Assembly (NCBI GenBank): GCA_964519305.1
Contig: CAZFHY010000007.1
Coordinates: 83,427-147,426 of the forward strand
Direction of reading: 5' to 3'
DNA length: 64,000 bases
Origin: Candidatus Undinarchaeota archaeon
GTDB taxonomy: Archaea > SpSt-1190 > JASMDC01
Shown: in pieces, positions 29,798 to 39,245 of the stretch
Layout: each line of letters starts with the position of its first letter
How positions within the stretch are numbered: the stretch's first letter is position 1
Notes under the pieces: model-generated
The model's input: the letters and a program-made list of their open reading frames with translations, nothing else
Told to the model about the DNA's origin: nothing
Database searches by the model: none
Position numbers and translations under genes: made by a program

Positions 29798-30754
29798 TCA
29801 TTCTGTGAGATCGTAGGCTAAAGATATCGTTGAATCCTTGTAGAGCTTAATCCTATTGATGCCTACCCGGACCAACCGCTCAGTACCACGCATCTCGTTC
29901 AACGATGATTCCTTCATAGGGAGCACGATGTGCACGCTCAGTTCTTCGGAGTGGAACTCTACGTCCTCGAGGGTGATCGAACCACCGGACATCACGCATG
30001 TCTTGGTCTCGGCATTATCCTCGTACGTGCACGAAGGTTTGTCGAAGTCGTCAGCATCGGGGATCTCGATCACGATCTGTTCGATGCTGTCAAGGAGGAC
30101 ACCGCTGCTCTCGTCAGCTCCCTTGAGCACCTTGATGTCGATGACGACCTCCTCATCCTTGTCGAGGGGGACGACGCTCGGGTCGACCTCGATGGTAACA
30201 GGTACGATGGATGATGTAGAAGTGGCCTTCTCACGTGTACCGCCATCTGGCGTGTCAGCGATACCGAACTTCGTGGCGGCATGCACAGATGTCGAGTAGG
30301 TAGTTCGGACCTTGACCTCTTCGGGATTGTTATCGGGTACGAACTCGCCGAGGTCCTTGACCGTCATGCTCCACTTGACGTCACCGTCTTCACCGTTCTT
30401 CAACGTCGTGTCCACGGTCTTGAGCATTTGTCTGTCGGTGATATCGACGTTAGCGGGATTAGATTGGATCTTGGCCTTGACGTCCTCGATATTATCGAGA
30501 AGACCGTTCTTCACTGTGAGGGTCATTCTTACGCGTTCCTTTGGCTTCGGGCTCTCCTTGTCGAGCTCGATGGAAACACTGACCGCATCGCCAATGGAAA
30601 TAGGATCTCCAGGCTTCACGGTCGATGAACCGCCGGAACTGCCACCGGAGCTGCCCGAACCAGGTACGTTCGGCTCACTGTCAACTTTTTCGCAACCGGC
30701 GAAAAACACCAGTGCGCATATGACGAATAATACAGTAATCCTATCAGTTCTCAT
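29798..30754 (-). CDS. Lipoprotein, paralog of 28851..29786
   Basis: Lipobox FFAGC, G/S linker; colinear with its neighbour. Confidence 0.85.
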   Translation of the reverse strand: MRTDRITVLFVICALVFFAGCEKVDSEPNVPGSGSSGGSSGGSSTVKPGDPISIGDAVSVSIELDKESPKPKERVRMTLTVKNGLLDNIEDVKAKIQSNPANVDITDRQMLKTVDTTLKNGEDGDVKWSMTVKDLGEFVPDNNPEEVKVRTTYSTSVHAATKFGIADTPDGGTREKATSTSSIVPVTIEVDPSVVPLDKDEEVVIDIKVLKGADESSGVLLDSIEQIVIEIPDADDFDKPSCTYEDNAETKTCVMSGGSITLEDVEFHSEELSVHIVLPMKESSLNEMRGTERLVRVGINRIKLYKDSTISLAYDLTE

Positions 30755-32040
30755 GTCATTCTCACCTCAAGTGTCCCAAGATACACCGTCCCATTTGAGA
30801 CTAGTTGAATATTGTTGTGTCCGGATATTAAATAAGTTGGGTTTATTGGTAGGTCTACCTTACCCTGTTCGGCTTCCCCCTTAATAATCGACCTGCTACC
30901 CTCACGGTTCATAATATACACAGTCAACCAGCTACGTTTCTTCACCTGGGTCACGTCGAGCGACATGGATAGTTCTCGCAGGTCACGCTTCAACCCGTAT
31001 ATCTCCTGACTCGTTATGTTGAACTCGTAGGATGCCTCGGGTGCTACCTTTGGCGAGTAGAATACGATAAGCTCGATGTCATTAAGATGATAGCTCCCTC
31101 CATCTCCGGATGAGAACTTGATGGAGTTCATCGTATGGAGGATGTGACGTGGCAATGAGAAATCGATCGTATACGGTGGCGCGGACTTTTCGCGGACCCT
31201 GCCTGTGAAAACGACGTAATCGTTGATGGCTATGCTCAGTTCGCCGGTCGTGTCCGCCTGGTCGACGCTGAAAACGAGACGACCTTTGACCCATCCCTTG
31301 ATCTCGCGTCGTGAGAGCGCGAACTGCTTTTTATCTATGACAACCTGTCCTGTCCTGCTGGCAAGTGTCAGTCCTGAGATTATATATGTGGTCGGGGACC
31401 ACACCCGCCATCCGCTCCCGGAGGCATCGACGTCGATCCGGTTCTCACCGTTCTTTAGCAGATGTGCGAATTGAAGGGGGTCGATACCATACTCACCAGG
31501 ATCGGTGATCTGTGACCAGATGACCTTGTCGTTGAGCCGTATAACGAGCCGACCGTTCCGGTTCGTGGATAGGACCGTGAAGTTGAGCTTGCTGCCGATG
31601 AGCTGGTCGAAATTCTCGCGTGATAGTGTGAAATGCGCTTTATGTACGCTCTCTGTCATTACGCCGCGGGAGACCTCGAGCGGCCCGATCATGGTAAGAA
31701 GGGACACTGCTCCGCCCTTGTTCTTTATGTACGCCTCATAGTGGTGTGAGGGTGGTGTCGCCTCAAGGTCCACAGAGACCGAGCGAACGGTGTACTCGGA
31801 ACCAATGGGGCCGACGGTCGTCCGGATTATAAGACCAGTAGAAGGATCACGCTCGATGTCGTCCTCCGGGTCCTCCCCGTCCGGGAGTTCACGTGCAACG
31901 GGTGTTGGTACTGGCGATGCCAGGGCTACAGTATCATCCGGTACCATGGTACCGAACCGCAGGAAGACAAGGAGAATGGACAGCACGAGGATAAGGAGTC
32001 CTGCGTTCATCAGGTCCCTTCGTATCCCATCGAGCGCCAT
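30751..32040 (-). CDS. N-terminally anchored beta-rich extracellular protein
   Basis: Single N-terminal TM, repeated L.I.LND..I / GEN.I jelly-roll-like units; ATGA overlap with the next gene. Confidence 0.8.
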   Translation of the reverse strand: MALDGIRRDLMNAGLLILVLSILLVFLRFGTMVPDDTVALASPVPTPVARELPDGEDPEDDIERDPSTGLIIRTTVGPIGSEYTVRSVSVDLEATPPSHHYEAYIKNKGGAVSLLTMIGPLEVSRGVMTESVHKAHFTLSRENFDQLIGSKLNFTVLSTNRNGRLVIRLNDKVIWSQITDPGEYGIDPLQFAHLLKNGENRIDVDASGSGWRVWSPTTYIISGLTLASRTGQVVIDKKQFALSRREIKGWVKGRLVFSVDQADTTGELSIAINDYVVFTGRVREKSAPPYTIDFSLPRHILHTMNSIKFSSGDGGSYHLNDIELIVFYSPKVAPEASYEFNITSQEIYGLKRDLRELSMSLDVTQVKKRSWLTVYIMNREGSRSIIKGEAEQGKVDLPINPTYLISGHNNIQLVSNGTVYLGTLEVRMT

Positions 32041-32123
32041 TATCCGGTACCGTTAATAAAAGAGTGTGATGTTCCTTTTTATAGGTGCAGTGTCTGTAAT
32101 GTCAAGGATGGAGGTGAAAGAAG

Positions 32124-33203
32124 GTGAAGGTCCTCAAGCGTGATCTAAGACATGACATGCTCAAGCTCCTTGTCGAGAACATAGACGACCTCTGGCATCT
32201 CCATCACGTAATAGAGCCCCATGACGTGCTCTCCGGTCGTACCTTCAGGCGCGTGCAGTCGCGTGGTCCTGAGGAGGGCAGAGGGGAGAAACGTCCGATG
32301 TTCCTCAAGATCGCCGTCGAGCGCATCGAGTACCACGAGTTCGCCAACATCCTCCGTGTAACAGGGCCGATAACCGAAGGCCCACCGGACGCGTCCCTTG
32401 GATCGTACCACACGTTCGGCCTCGCGGAGGGCGCCGTGTTCACTCTCTTCAAACCCGGCCGATGGGGCAAGTACCACCTTGAGCGCATCCAGACCTCTAC
32501 AAAGCTCCGCAAGAAGGTGCTAGTGGTCATAGTAGAGCCCGGTGAGGCGACCCTCGCACTGGTCCATGCCTACGGAGTGCGGATGCTGGGGACGGTGGCG
32601 ACGAACCTCCCGTCCAAGCGGAACGATCCCGAAGGATACACGACGAAGGAACGTGACTTCTATGGTGAAGTCGTGAAGGGCATGGCCGAAGCGATCGACT
32701 CGCATGAACCTAGCGGCACGATCATCGCAGGGCCAGGATGGGCGAAGGACAAGCTCGCGGCCGTGTTCCGAAAGGAACGGCCCGATGACAGGGCACATGT
32801 AGAGGGCATCGGCTCGGCCGGAGAAACGGGCGTGAACGAGGTCATCAAACGTGGTACTGTCGGCAAGCTCTATTCCGACAGCAGGGTCGCCCTGGAGATG
32901 GAACTTATCGAGCGTCTCATGTCCAGCATCTCAAAGGAGGACGATCTCGCTACGTACGGTAAGGATGATGTGCGATACGCGGTCGAATGCGGTGCCGTCA
33001 GCCACCTTCTAGTGACGGACGAGGTGTTCAGGAAGGCCAACGCGAGCGGTAAGGGTGACGCTCTCGACGGGCTCATGGAGGACGCGGCAAAGAAACGCGG
33101 GGATGTCGTGATAGTCAGTTCTGAGCACGAGGGTGGACGACGTCTCGACGGGCTCGGGGGGATCGCGGCACTACTCAGGTACCCGCTCTCTCGTGAAGAA
33201 TGA
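32124..33203 (+). CDS. pelA: Pelota / Dom34 mRNA surveillance protein
   Basis: ENIDDLWHL, LRVTG, GSYHT, IAGPG, AVECGAV..LLVTD, HEGGRRLDGLGGIAALLRY. Confidence 0.97.
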   Translation: MKVLKRDLRHDMLKLLVENIDDLWHLHHVIEPHDVLSGRTFRRVQSRGPEEGRGEKRPMFLKIAVERIEYHEFANILRVTGPITEGPPDASLGSYHTFGLAEGAVFTLFKPGRWGKYHLERIQTSTKLRKKVLVVIVEPGEATLALVHAYGVRMLGTVATNLPSKRNDPEGYTTKERDFYGEVVKGMAEAIDSHEPSGTIIAGPGWAKDKLAAVFRKERPDDRAHVEGIGSAGETGVNEVIKRGTVGKLYSDSRVALEMELIERLMSSISKEDDLATYGKDDVRYAVECGAVSHLLVTDEVFRKANASGKGDALDGLMEDAAKKRGDVVIVSSEHEGGRRLDGLGGIAALLRYPLSREE

Positions 33204-33250
33204 GATGGATGTGGCCCGTCACACTAACCCCCTTGCTTCATAGATTGCCG

Positions 33251-33330
33251 GTCGGCGTGCTCCACAGGATAACCCTCGCGGCGGGCCATGTACGGTGCCC
33301 GGGTGGTCTCCTGCTCATCGACACGACGAC
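33251..33330 (-). ncRNA. Candidate structured small RNA
   Basis: TTTAAG TATA at about 33352-33357; closing stem GTCGtCGTG/CACGcCGAC, inner CAGGA/TCCTG, GA/GA kink-turn-like loop, apical CGGGC/GCCCG. Confidence 0.35.
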
Positions 33331-33428
33331 ACGTCGCTCTTGCAGAAGGACCTTAAAGGCACCACTTAACCATAGTGCTGTGGTCGATAAATAGGTTTCG
33401 TTGTTGATCGATGAAAATAGCTCTTGGA

Positions 33429-34496
33429 TCACACGAGTATGTTCGTGAGACCTGCCTCGCGTGCCAGGGCGACCGCCTTGTCGAACTCCTTCTTCGAGAG
33501 CCGGCGCTGTAGCCCGGGATAACGCTCCGGATGTTTGCTCACGAGGTTGTCCGGGTGGTACTGGTCCATGACGTTCACGCGCGTGTCCGTACCGAGCTCA
33601 TCGGCGACCCATGTCATAGCTGGTCGAGTGCAGCAGTCAAGGTGCCCTGGGAGCACGAGATGTCGGATGATGAGCTCACCATGCCGTGATGCGAGACGAT
33701 GGTTGCGGGTCACGACCGTGAAGTACCGCTCTACCTCTGAGAAGCGAGAACCGCAGTCGTCGTTCCCGTACTTCAGGTCCGTGAGCCAGACGTCCACGAG
33801 CCCGTCTAGGAGGTCCATTGCCTCGACGGTCAGGTACATGTTCGAGTTCCAGACGAGGGGCACGTTCTCGTCCATGCCGGTCAGCGCCTTGAGCACCGCG
33901 GGTAGCTGCGGTATCGGATCACCGCCCACTACGTTGAGGTTGCGGACGTTGCGGTCGATGAGCGCCCTGAACGCCTCACGCAGGCGTTCCGTTCCAGCGG
34001 GCTCTCCGACCGAGGGATTACGCGAGATGTCATGGTTCTGACAGAACACGCACCTGAGATTGCATCCGGAGAAGAACACGGTACCCGATGGGACGAGCTC
34101 CGGTTCCTCCCCCATGTGGATGAACGACGACGAAATGAAAGGTGTGATCCCGGCCCCGCAGACCCCACTGTCCACGTTACGGTCCACTGAGCACCGTCGC
34201 TCACACAGTCCGCATGACGAATAGTGCTCGTCCGCCATCTGCGCCTTAAGGTCCAGTAGGGAGAACGGAGCCGTTGGTAGTACGATATCCTCCGCAACGA
34301 CCCGGTCCAGCTCCTTGATGCCCCGGGCGTGCTCCTTGGCTGGATCGGCCTCGGGATCGATCTCGACCGTTCTTGCCAGCAACCATCGAGCGCGGGCCCG
34401 ACCCTCCGCGACATCGATGTAACGGCCCAGCACCTTCCTCACACCGGGATCGTCGAAAGCGGCAGCAGCGTCCGGTCGGAGGAACTGCCAGAGCAT
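33429..34496 (-). CDS. pflX: Radical SAM protein, PflX family
   Basis: CGLCERRC.V.R, HMGEE, FSGCNLRCVFCQN, GGDP, WNSNMY, RHLVLPGH..CC, NVMDQYHP. Confidence 0.92.
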   Translation of the reverse strand: MLWQFLRPDAAAAFDDPGVRKVLGRYIDVAEGRARARWLLARTVEIDPEADPAKEHARGIKELDRVVAEDIVLPTAPFSLLDLKAQMADEHYSSCGLCERRCSVDRNVDSGVCGAGITPFISSSFIHMGEEPELVPSGTVFFSGCNLRCVFCQNHDISRNPSVGEPAGTERLREAFRALIDRNVRNLNVVGGDPIPQLPAVLKALTGMDENVPLVWNSNMYLTVEAMDLLDGLVDVWLTDLKYGNDDCGSRFSEVERYFTVVTRNHRLASRHGELIIRHLVLPGHLDCCTRPAMTWVADELGTDTRVNVMDQYHPDNLVSKHPERYPGLQRRLSKKEFDKAVALAREAGLTNILV

Positions 34497-34548
34497 GGAT
34501 ACGGGATGTGAGGTAACCTTTATGAGTGGAGATGGTGCCCCTTGAGCC

Positions 34549-35139
34549 GTGAGCGACGGGGATGCGGAGTGGGTCGGTCATCCTGACGTCTATAGCCCCC
34601 GTGAGGATTCGGAGCTTCTCGCCGAGGCCGTATCGAACCATTCCAAGGTTGGACGTGCCTGCGAGGTGGGGCCGGGGTCCGGATACGTCACTGTTGCTTT
34701 ATCACGGATCGCGGACCTTGTCGTAGCGATCGATATCAGCATGGACGCAGCACGATTGACCAGGGAGAACCTCGTCCGCTCAGGTTCAGATAACTTCGAA
34801 GTGGTGTGCGGTGACCTGCTTACTGCTGTGGGTATTCGGTTCGACCTTATCTGTTTCAACCCACCCTACCTCCCGGAAGATCCCGGTGAGGACCCGCTCT
34901 CACGTTCATGGGCAGGCGGTCCCACAGGACGTGAGGTCCTTACACGTTTTATAGAGGGGCTGGCCGACCGGCTCGCTGAGGGCGGTGAGGCGTTCGTGGT
35001 CGTATCCTCGCTAATGGGACCGGACGAGCTCGGCGCGATCGTCCGGGATACCGGGCTGGAGCACGAAATAGTCTCGAATCAACGCCTCGACTTCGAGGAG
35101 CTCGCGATATGGCGCTTGCAGCGGCCGAGGATAAATTGA
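34549..35139 (+). CDS. mtq2: HemK2/MTQ2 family glutamine methyltransferase
   Basis: VYSPREDSELL, EVGPGSG, FNPPY, WAGGPTG, SSL. Confidence 0.93.
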   Translation: MSDGDAEWVGHPDVYSPREDSELLAEAVSNHSKVGRACEVGPGSGYVTVALSRIADLVVAIDISMDAARLTRENLVRSGSDNFEVVCGDLLTAVGIRFDLICFNPPYLPEDPGEDPLSRSWAGGPTGREVLTRFIEGLADRLAEGGEAFVVVSSLMGPDELGAIVRDTGLEHEIVSNQRLDFEELAIWRLQRPRIN

Positions 35140-35166
35140 TAAAGGTTCGTTGGGACCTTACAGCCA

Positions 35167-36549
35167 ATGCCGGGCAACCAGTATGACGCGGTCGTCGTTG
35201 GCTGTGGTACGGGCGGTGCCGCTTTTGCCATCAGGGCCCGGAAGCTCGGACTATCGGTATGTGTCGTTGATACCAAACCACGCGCCCGGATAGGCGAGAA
35301 GGTATGCGGTGATGCGGTACCGAGATATCACTTCGACCGGCTCGAGGAGGAAGCGGGCATCACACCTCCACGCGGCGATGAACTAGGCCAGGTCATTACC
35401 GGCATGAAGCTGATCGGCCCATCCCGGACCCGCATGGTCAGGGTCCACGAGGACGGGTACACGGTCAACAGACACGAGTTCGGCCAAAGGCTCGTGAACG
35501 ACGTGGTCGACGCTGGAGCTAACCTACTTGACAAGCACCTCGTGCTCGGTCCGATCATAGAGAATGATCGTATAGTAGGGCTCAGGACGAAGGACAAGAT
35601 AACACGCATGGAGCGTAACATCTACTCTTCGGTCGTCGTGGACGCTTCAGGTGTCGGCGCCACTCTCAGGAAATCGGTCGATTTCCCCGGCCGTGAACGT
35701 GGCATACATCCCAGGGACCTCGGTATCTGCTACAGGGAAGTGCTCAAGCTAAAGGAGCCCATCGATGATCCTGATATCCTTGAGGTCATTTTCGACCGTA
35801 ACGTCGCCCAGGGCGGGTACATCTGGGTGTTTCCCAAGTCGGACACAGTGGTGAACGTAGGTGTCGGCCTCACCATGTCACTGGGAGCGAGCCCACTGGC
35901 TGCGTACCGTAGGTTCATCAAACGGGACAGGATATTCAATGATGCCGATGTGATCGCAAAGGGGGGCGGTATAGTGCCCATGCGCAAGCCCGTCAGTTCA
36001 TTCGTGGGGGACAGATTGCTCCTCGTCGGGGACTCGGCGTGCCAGGTCAATCCGCTCCATGGCGGTGGGCTAGGGTACTCAATGATCGGTGGGTGCATGG
36101 CGGCCAACACCGCCGCCGAAGCGCTCGCCCGGGACGATGTCTCGTACAATGGTCTCTGGAGCTACAACCACGAGTACCAGACAACGATAGGTATGCGTCA
36201 CGCGGCGCTCGATGTGTTCCGCATCATGCTCAATTCGCTCTCCAACCGTGATCTTGACTTCGGATGCTCGGGGAGCCTCTTCACCGAGAACGACTTCTTT
36301 GCCATCGATAAGAACGGCAAGTTGGAGCTCTCTACCGCACAGAAGCTCATCCGCGGGCTTCGAGGGCTACACCATCCGACCCTCATGCGCTCTCTCATGT
36401 TCGCCGTCAAGCGTATGAAGGCGCTAAAAGAGCTCTACATGGCCTATCCGACAACACCGGAAGGGCTCGATTCGTGGACCTCACGCGTTGATGAGGAGTA
36501 CGAACCGGTCTGGAAACGATTCAGTAAGTCGTTCGAGAAGACCGACTGA
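35167..36549 (+). CDS. Geranylgeranyl reductase family flavoprotein (DGGGPL reductase-like)
   Basis: VVGCGTGG, KVCGD, DASG, GGYIWVFPK, NVGVG, VGDSA..VNPLHGGG. Confidence 0.92.
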   Translation: MPGNQYDAVVVGCGTGGAAFAIRARKLGLSVCVVDTKPRARIGEKVCGDAVPRYHFDRLEEEAGITPPRGDELGQVITGMKLIGPSRTRMVRVHEDGYTVNRHEFGQRLVNDVVDAGANLLDKHLVLGPIIENDRIVGLRTKDKITRMERNIYSSVVVDASGVGATLRKSVDFPGRERGIHPRDLGICYREVLKLKEPIDDPDILEVIFDRNVAQGGYIWVFPKSDTVVNVGVGLTMSLGASPLAAYRRFIKRDRIFNDADVIAKGGGIVPMRKPVSSFVGDRLLLVGDSACQVNPLHGGGLGYSMIGGCMAANTAAEALARDDVSYNGLWSYNHEYQTTIGMRHAALDVFRIMLNSLSNRDLDFGCSGSLFTENDFFAIDKNGKLELSTAQKLIRGLRGLHHPTLMRSLMFAVKRMKALKELYMAYPTTPEGLDSWTSRVDEEYEPVWKRFSKSFEKTD

Positions 36550-36596
36550 TCCCGTCCCTGCGATAGCTTTATTAAGGAAATCGCTCTCCGTGTGGC

Positions 36597-36675
<79 letters not shown>

Positions 36676-36720
36676 TTCCCTATCCAATCTGTAGATAGCA
36701 GAATATCCAGAGTGTTCGGC

Positions 36721-37131
36721 TTATCTCAGCAGCCCCAGCCGTATGAGCAGGCGCGCCTCTTCACCTGTGATGCTGCCGTCACCTTTGGCGAGGTCCCACA
36801 CGTGACGATGGATGTCTCCCGACATGTCATTGGTATCACTGAAGAGCTGATGATCCACCGCTTGTTCGGCCATGTACTCGATTATTTCGGACTCGTACTC
36901 GGCGAGATGGCCGTCGATATAAGCCAGGCTCGCGGTTGTCTTGGCACAGCCCTCGAGCACGTGATCGTACGCTTCGACGAGGCATATCCCGACAGCTGTG
37001 CCCAATCCGGCGGCAAGGGCCACTTGGGGCAGGAGGCCCGGTTCGCGGTAGGCGTCCAGGTCATCGGTGACGGTGTAACCCGTGGACGCGGCCGACCCAC
37101 CGTAGCCGATGGTCTCGAGGTCTTCGATCAT
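36721..37131 (-). CDS. Hypothetical family A, copy A1 (single TM, TerB-like motifs)
   Basis: 136 aa, gapless paralog of 38019..38429; GAGG RBS. Confidence 0.85.
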   Translation of the reverse strand: MIEDLETIGYGGSAASTGYTVTDDLDAYREPGLLPQVALAAGLGTAVGICLVEAYDHVLEGCAKTTASLAYIDGHLAEYESEIIEYMAEQAVDHQLFSDTNDMSGDIHRHVWDLAKGDGSITGEEARLLIRLGLLR

Positions 37132-37153
37132 GGATATCAGCGCCTCAGTTCGC

Positions 37154-37882
37154 TCACATGACGAGGTTCTGTTCGAGCCTGTCTAGTCGATAGGTCTTGC
37201 GCTCGTGCTCCATCTCGAGTCCTTTTAGATTGTGGTCGCGCAGGGGCCCGCCGATTAGCGGGATCCTCGTGGTCCAGCTCTGCTCGATAGCCTTTGTCTG
37301 CTCGGCCTTGTGCTCCTCCTGGACCCTCCGCACCTCGTCGTAGGTCGCAGAGTGCCAGAGGCCGAGGACCATCGAAGTGTTGCCCTTGGGATCCTGGTAC
37401 CCGCTGAGGTGGTCGAGGAGCGCATAGGTGACCTCGGCCCTCCCCATCTCGTTCACGGCATCGGCCACGGGGGAAATGGATTCGAGCTCGTCGAGCACGT
37501 CGGGGAAGAACATCGGTTCTGCCGAATACTTGAGCACGTCAAAGGAATGTTCTCTTTGAAAGGTGAACGTCTCAATATGATTCTCATCCCACTCGTTGCG
37601 GACGTACGCAAGGTCCCTCGTCTTGATCTTGGGGCCCAAGCCCACGCGTTTACCTTCGTAGGTTGGATTGATCCCGATCTCGTGACAATCATACCACAGG
37701 TCGATCGCGGTCATCAGGACATCGGTCCGGGTGGGCCCTTCACCAGTGAAGTGCCGTACCATCATACCAGAATATATCTTGGAATGTTCCTGTATGAACG
37801 CATAGTGCTTCTCGAGGCCGTTCTCCAGAGCGGCCTGCTCTCCGATCGCATCTAGGACCGTTTCGACGTTCGTCTCGTACAT
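37154..37882 (-). CDS. Hypothetical family B, copy B1
   Basis: AIGEQAALENGLEK, HSF, LLDHLSGY.DP.GNT, IPLIG; AGGTGA RBS. Confidence 0.88.
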   Translation of the reverse strand: MYETNVETVLDAIGEQAALENGLEKHYAFIQEHSKIYSGMMVRHFTGEGPTRTDVLMTAIDLWYDCHEIGINPTYEGKRVGLGPKIKTRDLAYVRNEWDENHIETFTFQREHSFDVLKYSAEPMFFPDVLDELESISPVADAVNEMGRAEVTYALLDHLSGYQDPKGNTSMVLGLWHSATYDEVRRVQEEHKAEQTKAIEQSWTTRIPLIGGPLRDHNLKGLEMEHERKTYRLDRLEQNLVM

Positions 37883-38018
37883 CGTTCGCTCACCTTATCA
37901 GGGCAAGGCTAGGTTTCGGTTTACCTAATATACATCCCCTTTGGTATGCCTAAATATTCCGATGAATATGGAAATCGTGGATGTCATAGTCCAATAAGAC
38001 CGATATTGGGGGAACTGA

Positions 38019-38429
38019 CTACCGTAACCGCGCAAGCTTTCCGAGCAGGCTCGACTCGGTCCCTGTGATGACACCGTCCCGCCTCGCCAGCTTCGCGACG
38101 TGTGCGTAGATGTCCGATTCGGTCTCCGCGGCATCGCCGAACCACTGGTTCTCCACGGCCTTCTCCGCTACTTCCGCGATCGATTCCGCCTCGCTGGGTG
38201 AGAGATGGTTGTTGATGTATGAGAAGTTGGCGGTCATCTTGGCGTGCTGTTCCAGTTTCACATCGTGGGTGGCGACGTAGGCGGCACCTATTGCGGCGCC
38301 GATTCCCAGGAAGAGACCGTACTTGGAAAGGAATCCAGGCTCGTTGTTCGCGTTGAGGTCCTCAGCTGTCGAGTACTGGAGGGCGGCGTCGGCAGAGTCA
38401 TAGCCCGCAGTTTCAAGATCATCATACAT
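38019..38429 (-). CDS. Hypothetical family A, copy A2
   Basis: 136 aa paralog of A1; AGGTGA RBS. Confidence 0.85.
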   Translation of the reverse strand: MYDDLETAGYDSADAALQYSTAEDLNANNEPGFLSKYGLFLGIGAAIGAAYVATHDVKLEQHAKMTANFSYINNHLSPSEAESIAEVAEKAVENQWFGDAAETESDIYAHVAKLARRDGVITGTESSLLGKLARLR

Positions 38430-38500
38430 TAGTCGTCACCTAACGGAGCTTGGGCCGCACTGTTCCGTTCTAAAAGGTACCCTTGGGGAAGAAGTGTGGC

Positions 38501-39133
38501 CTAGGACAGCACACCTTGTGCCCATTGGCCGAACTCCTGTCCGAACCTGAAGGCATCGCCTGACCGTGCTTTTACATCGGCCCCGCTCATCCAGAGCTCA
38601 TGAGGGAAAGGGGCCCATCCCCACTGTCGTGCATCGTTCGAGATTATCTGGTACTCCCAGGTGAGCTCGAACTTGTAGGTGCCGAAGGCACCGATCGGAC
38701 GACCATGACGCGACTCCCATCGAAGGCATCCGAGGAACTGGGCCGTCGGCTCGGAAAGACCCTCGATGGCGCTCGTGGACCCGATGAGTACCGCGTCGGC
38801 GAGGAGCACGTCAGGGATGGAGGCCTTTTCCGCGATGACGAGATGTGGTTCGCACCCCGATTCCTTTACACCGGCGGCGATGTGATGGGCTAGCTCCTCG
38901 GTCTTGCGCTTGGGCCTGTCGTACACGATGAGCACACGTTTCGGCCAGGGATCCTTACGTTCGAGGACGACCGCATGTACGGGACAAGCACGGACGCACG
39001 CTTCACATTCGGTGCATGCGTCAGGGTTCGCGACCAGGGCCTGTGCGCCCGCGACATAGAAGACAGATCCGGGGCAGACATCGGCGCATGCGCCGCTCCC
39101 CCGACAACGGTTCTTGTCTATCCACGGAGGCAT
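38501..39133 (-). CDS. Ferredoxin-flavodoxin-like fusion protein
   Basis: CRGSGAC...CP and CTECEAC...CP, then VLIVY..KTEELA..IA.G, ADAVLIGS, GAFGTY. Confidence 0.82.
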   Translation of the reverse strand: MPPWIDKNRCRGSGACADVCPGSVFYVAGAQALVANPDACTECEACVRACPVHAVVLERKDPWPKRVLIVYDRPKRKTEELAHHIAAGVKESGCEPHLVIAEKASIPDVLLADAVLIGSTSAIEGLSEPTAQFLGCLRWESRHGRPIGAFGTYKFELTWEYQIISNDARQWGWAPFPHELWMSGADVKARSGDAFRFGQEFGQWAQGVLS

Positions 39134-39187
39134 ACTGTTAGAGGTATGATGGATGAGCAATAAAAACATGACGCCATCGCGGCGTCC

Positions 39188-39228
39188 AAAAGGAAAGGAT
39201 GTGGGGGACCGGTTCGACGGCCCCCCAC
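39188..39228 (-). terminator. Hairpin plus pyrimidine tract after B2
   Basis: GTGGGGGGCCG-TCGAAC-CGGTCCCCCAC then ATCCTTTCCTTTT on the minus strand. Confidence 0.6.
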
Positions 39229-39245
39229 GTTCTGTTCGCGGGTGC

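Noticed and set aside
33200-33432. Two 64-aa ORFs between pelota and pflX
   Set aside because: No recognisable features; the region is better explained as promoter plus structured RNA or terminator.
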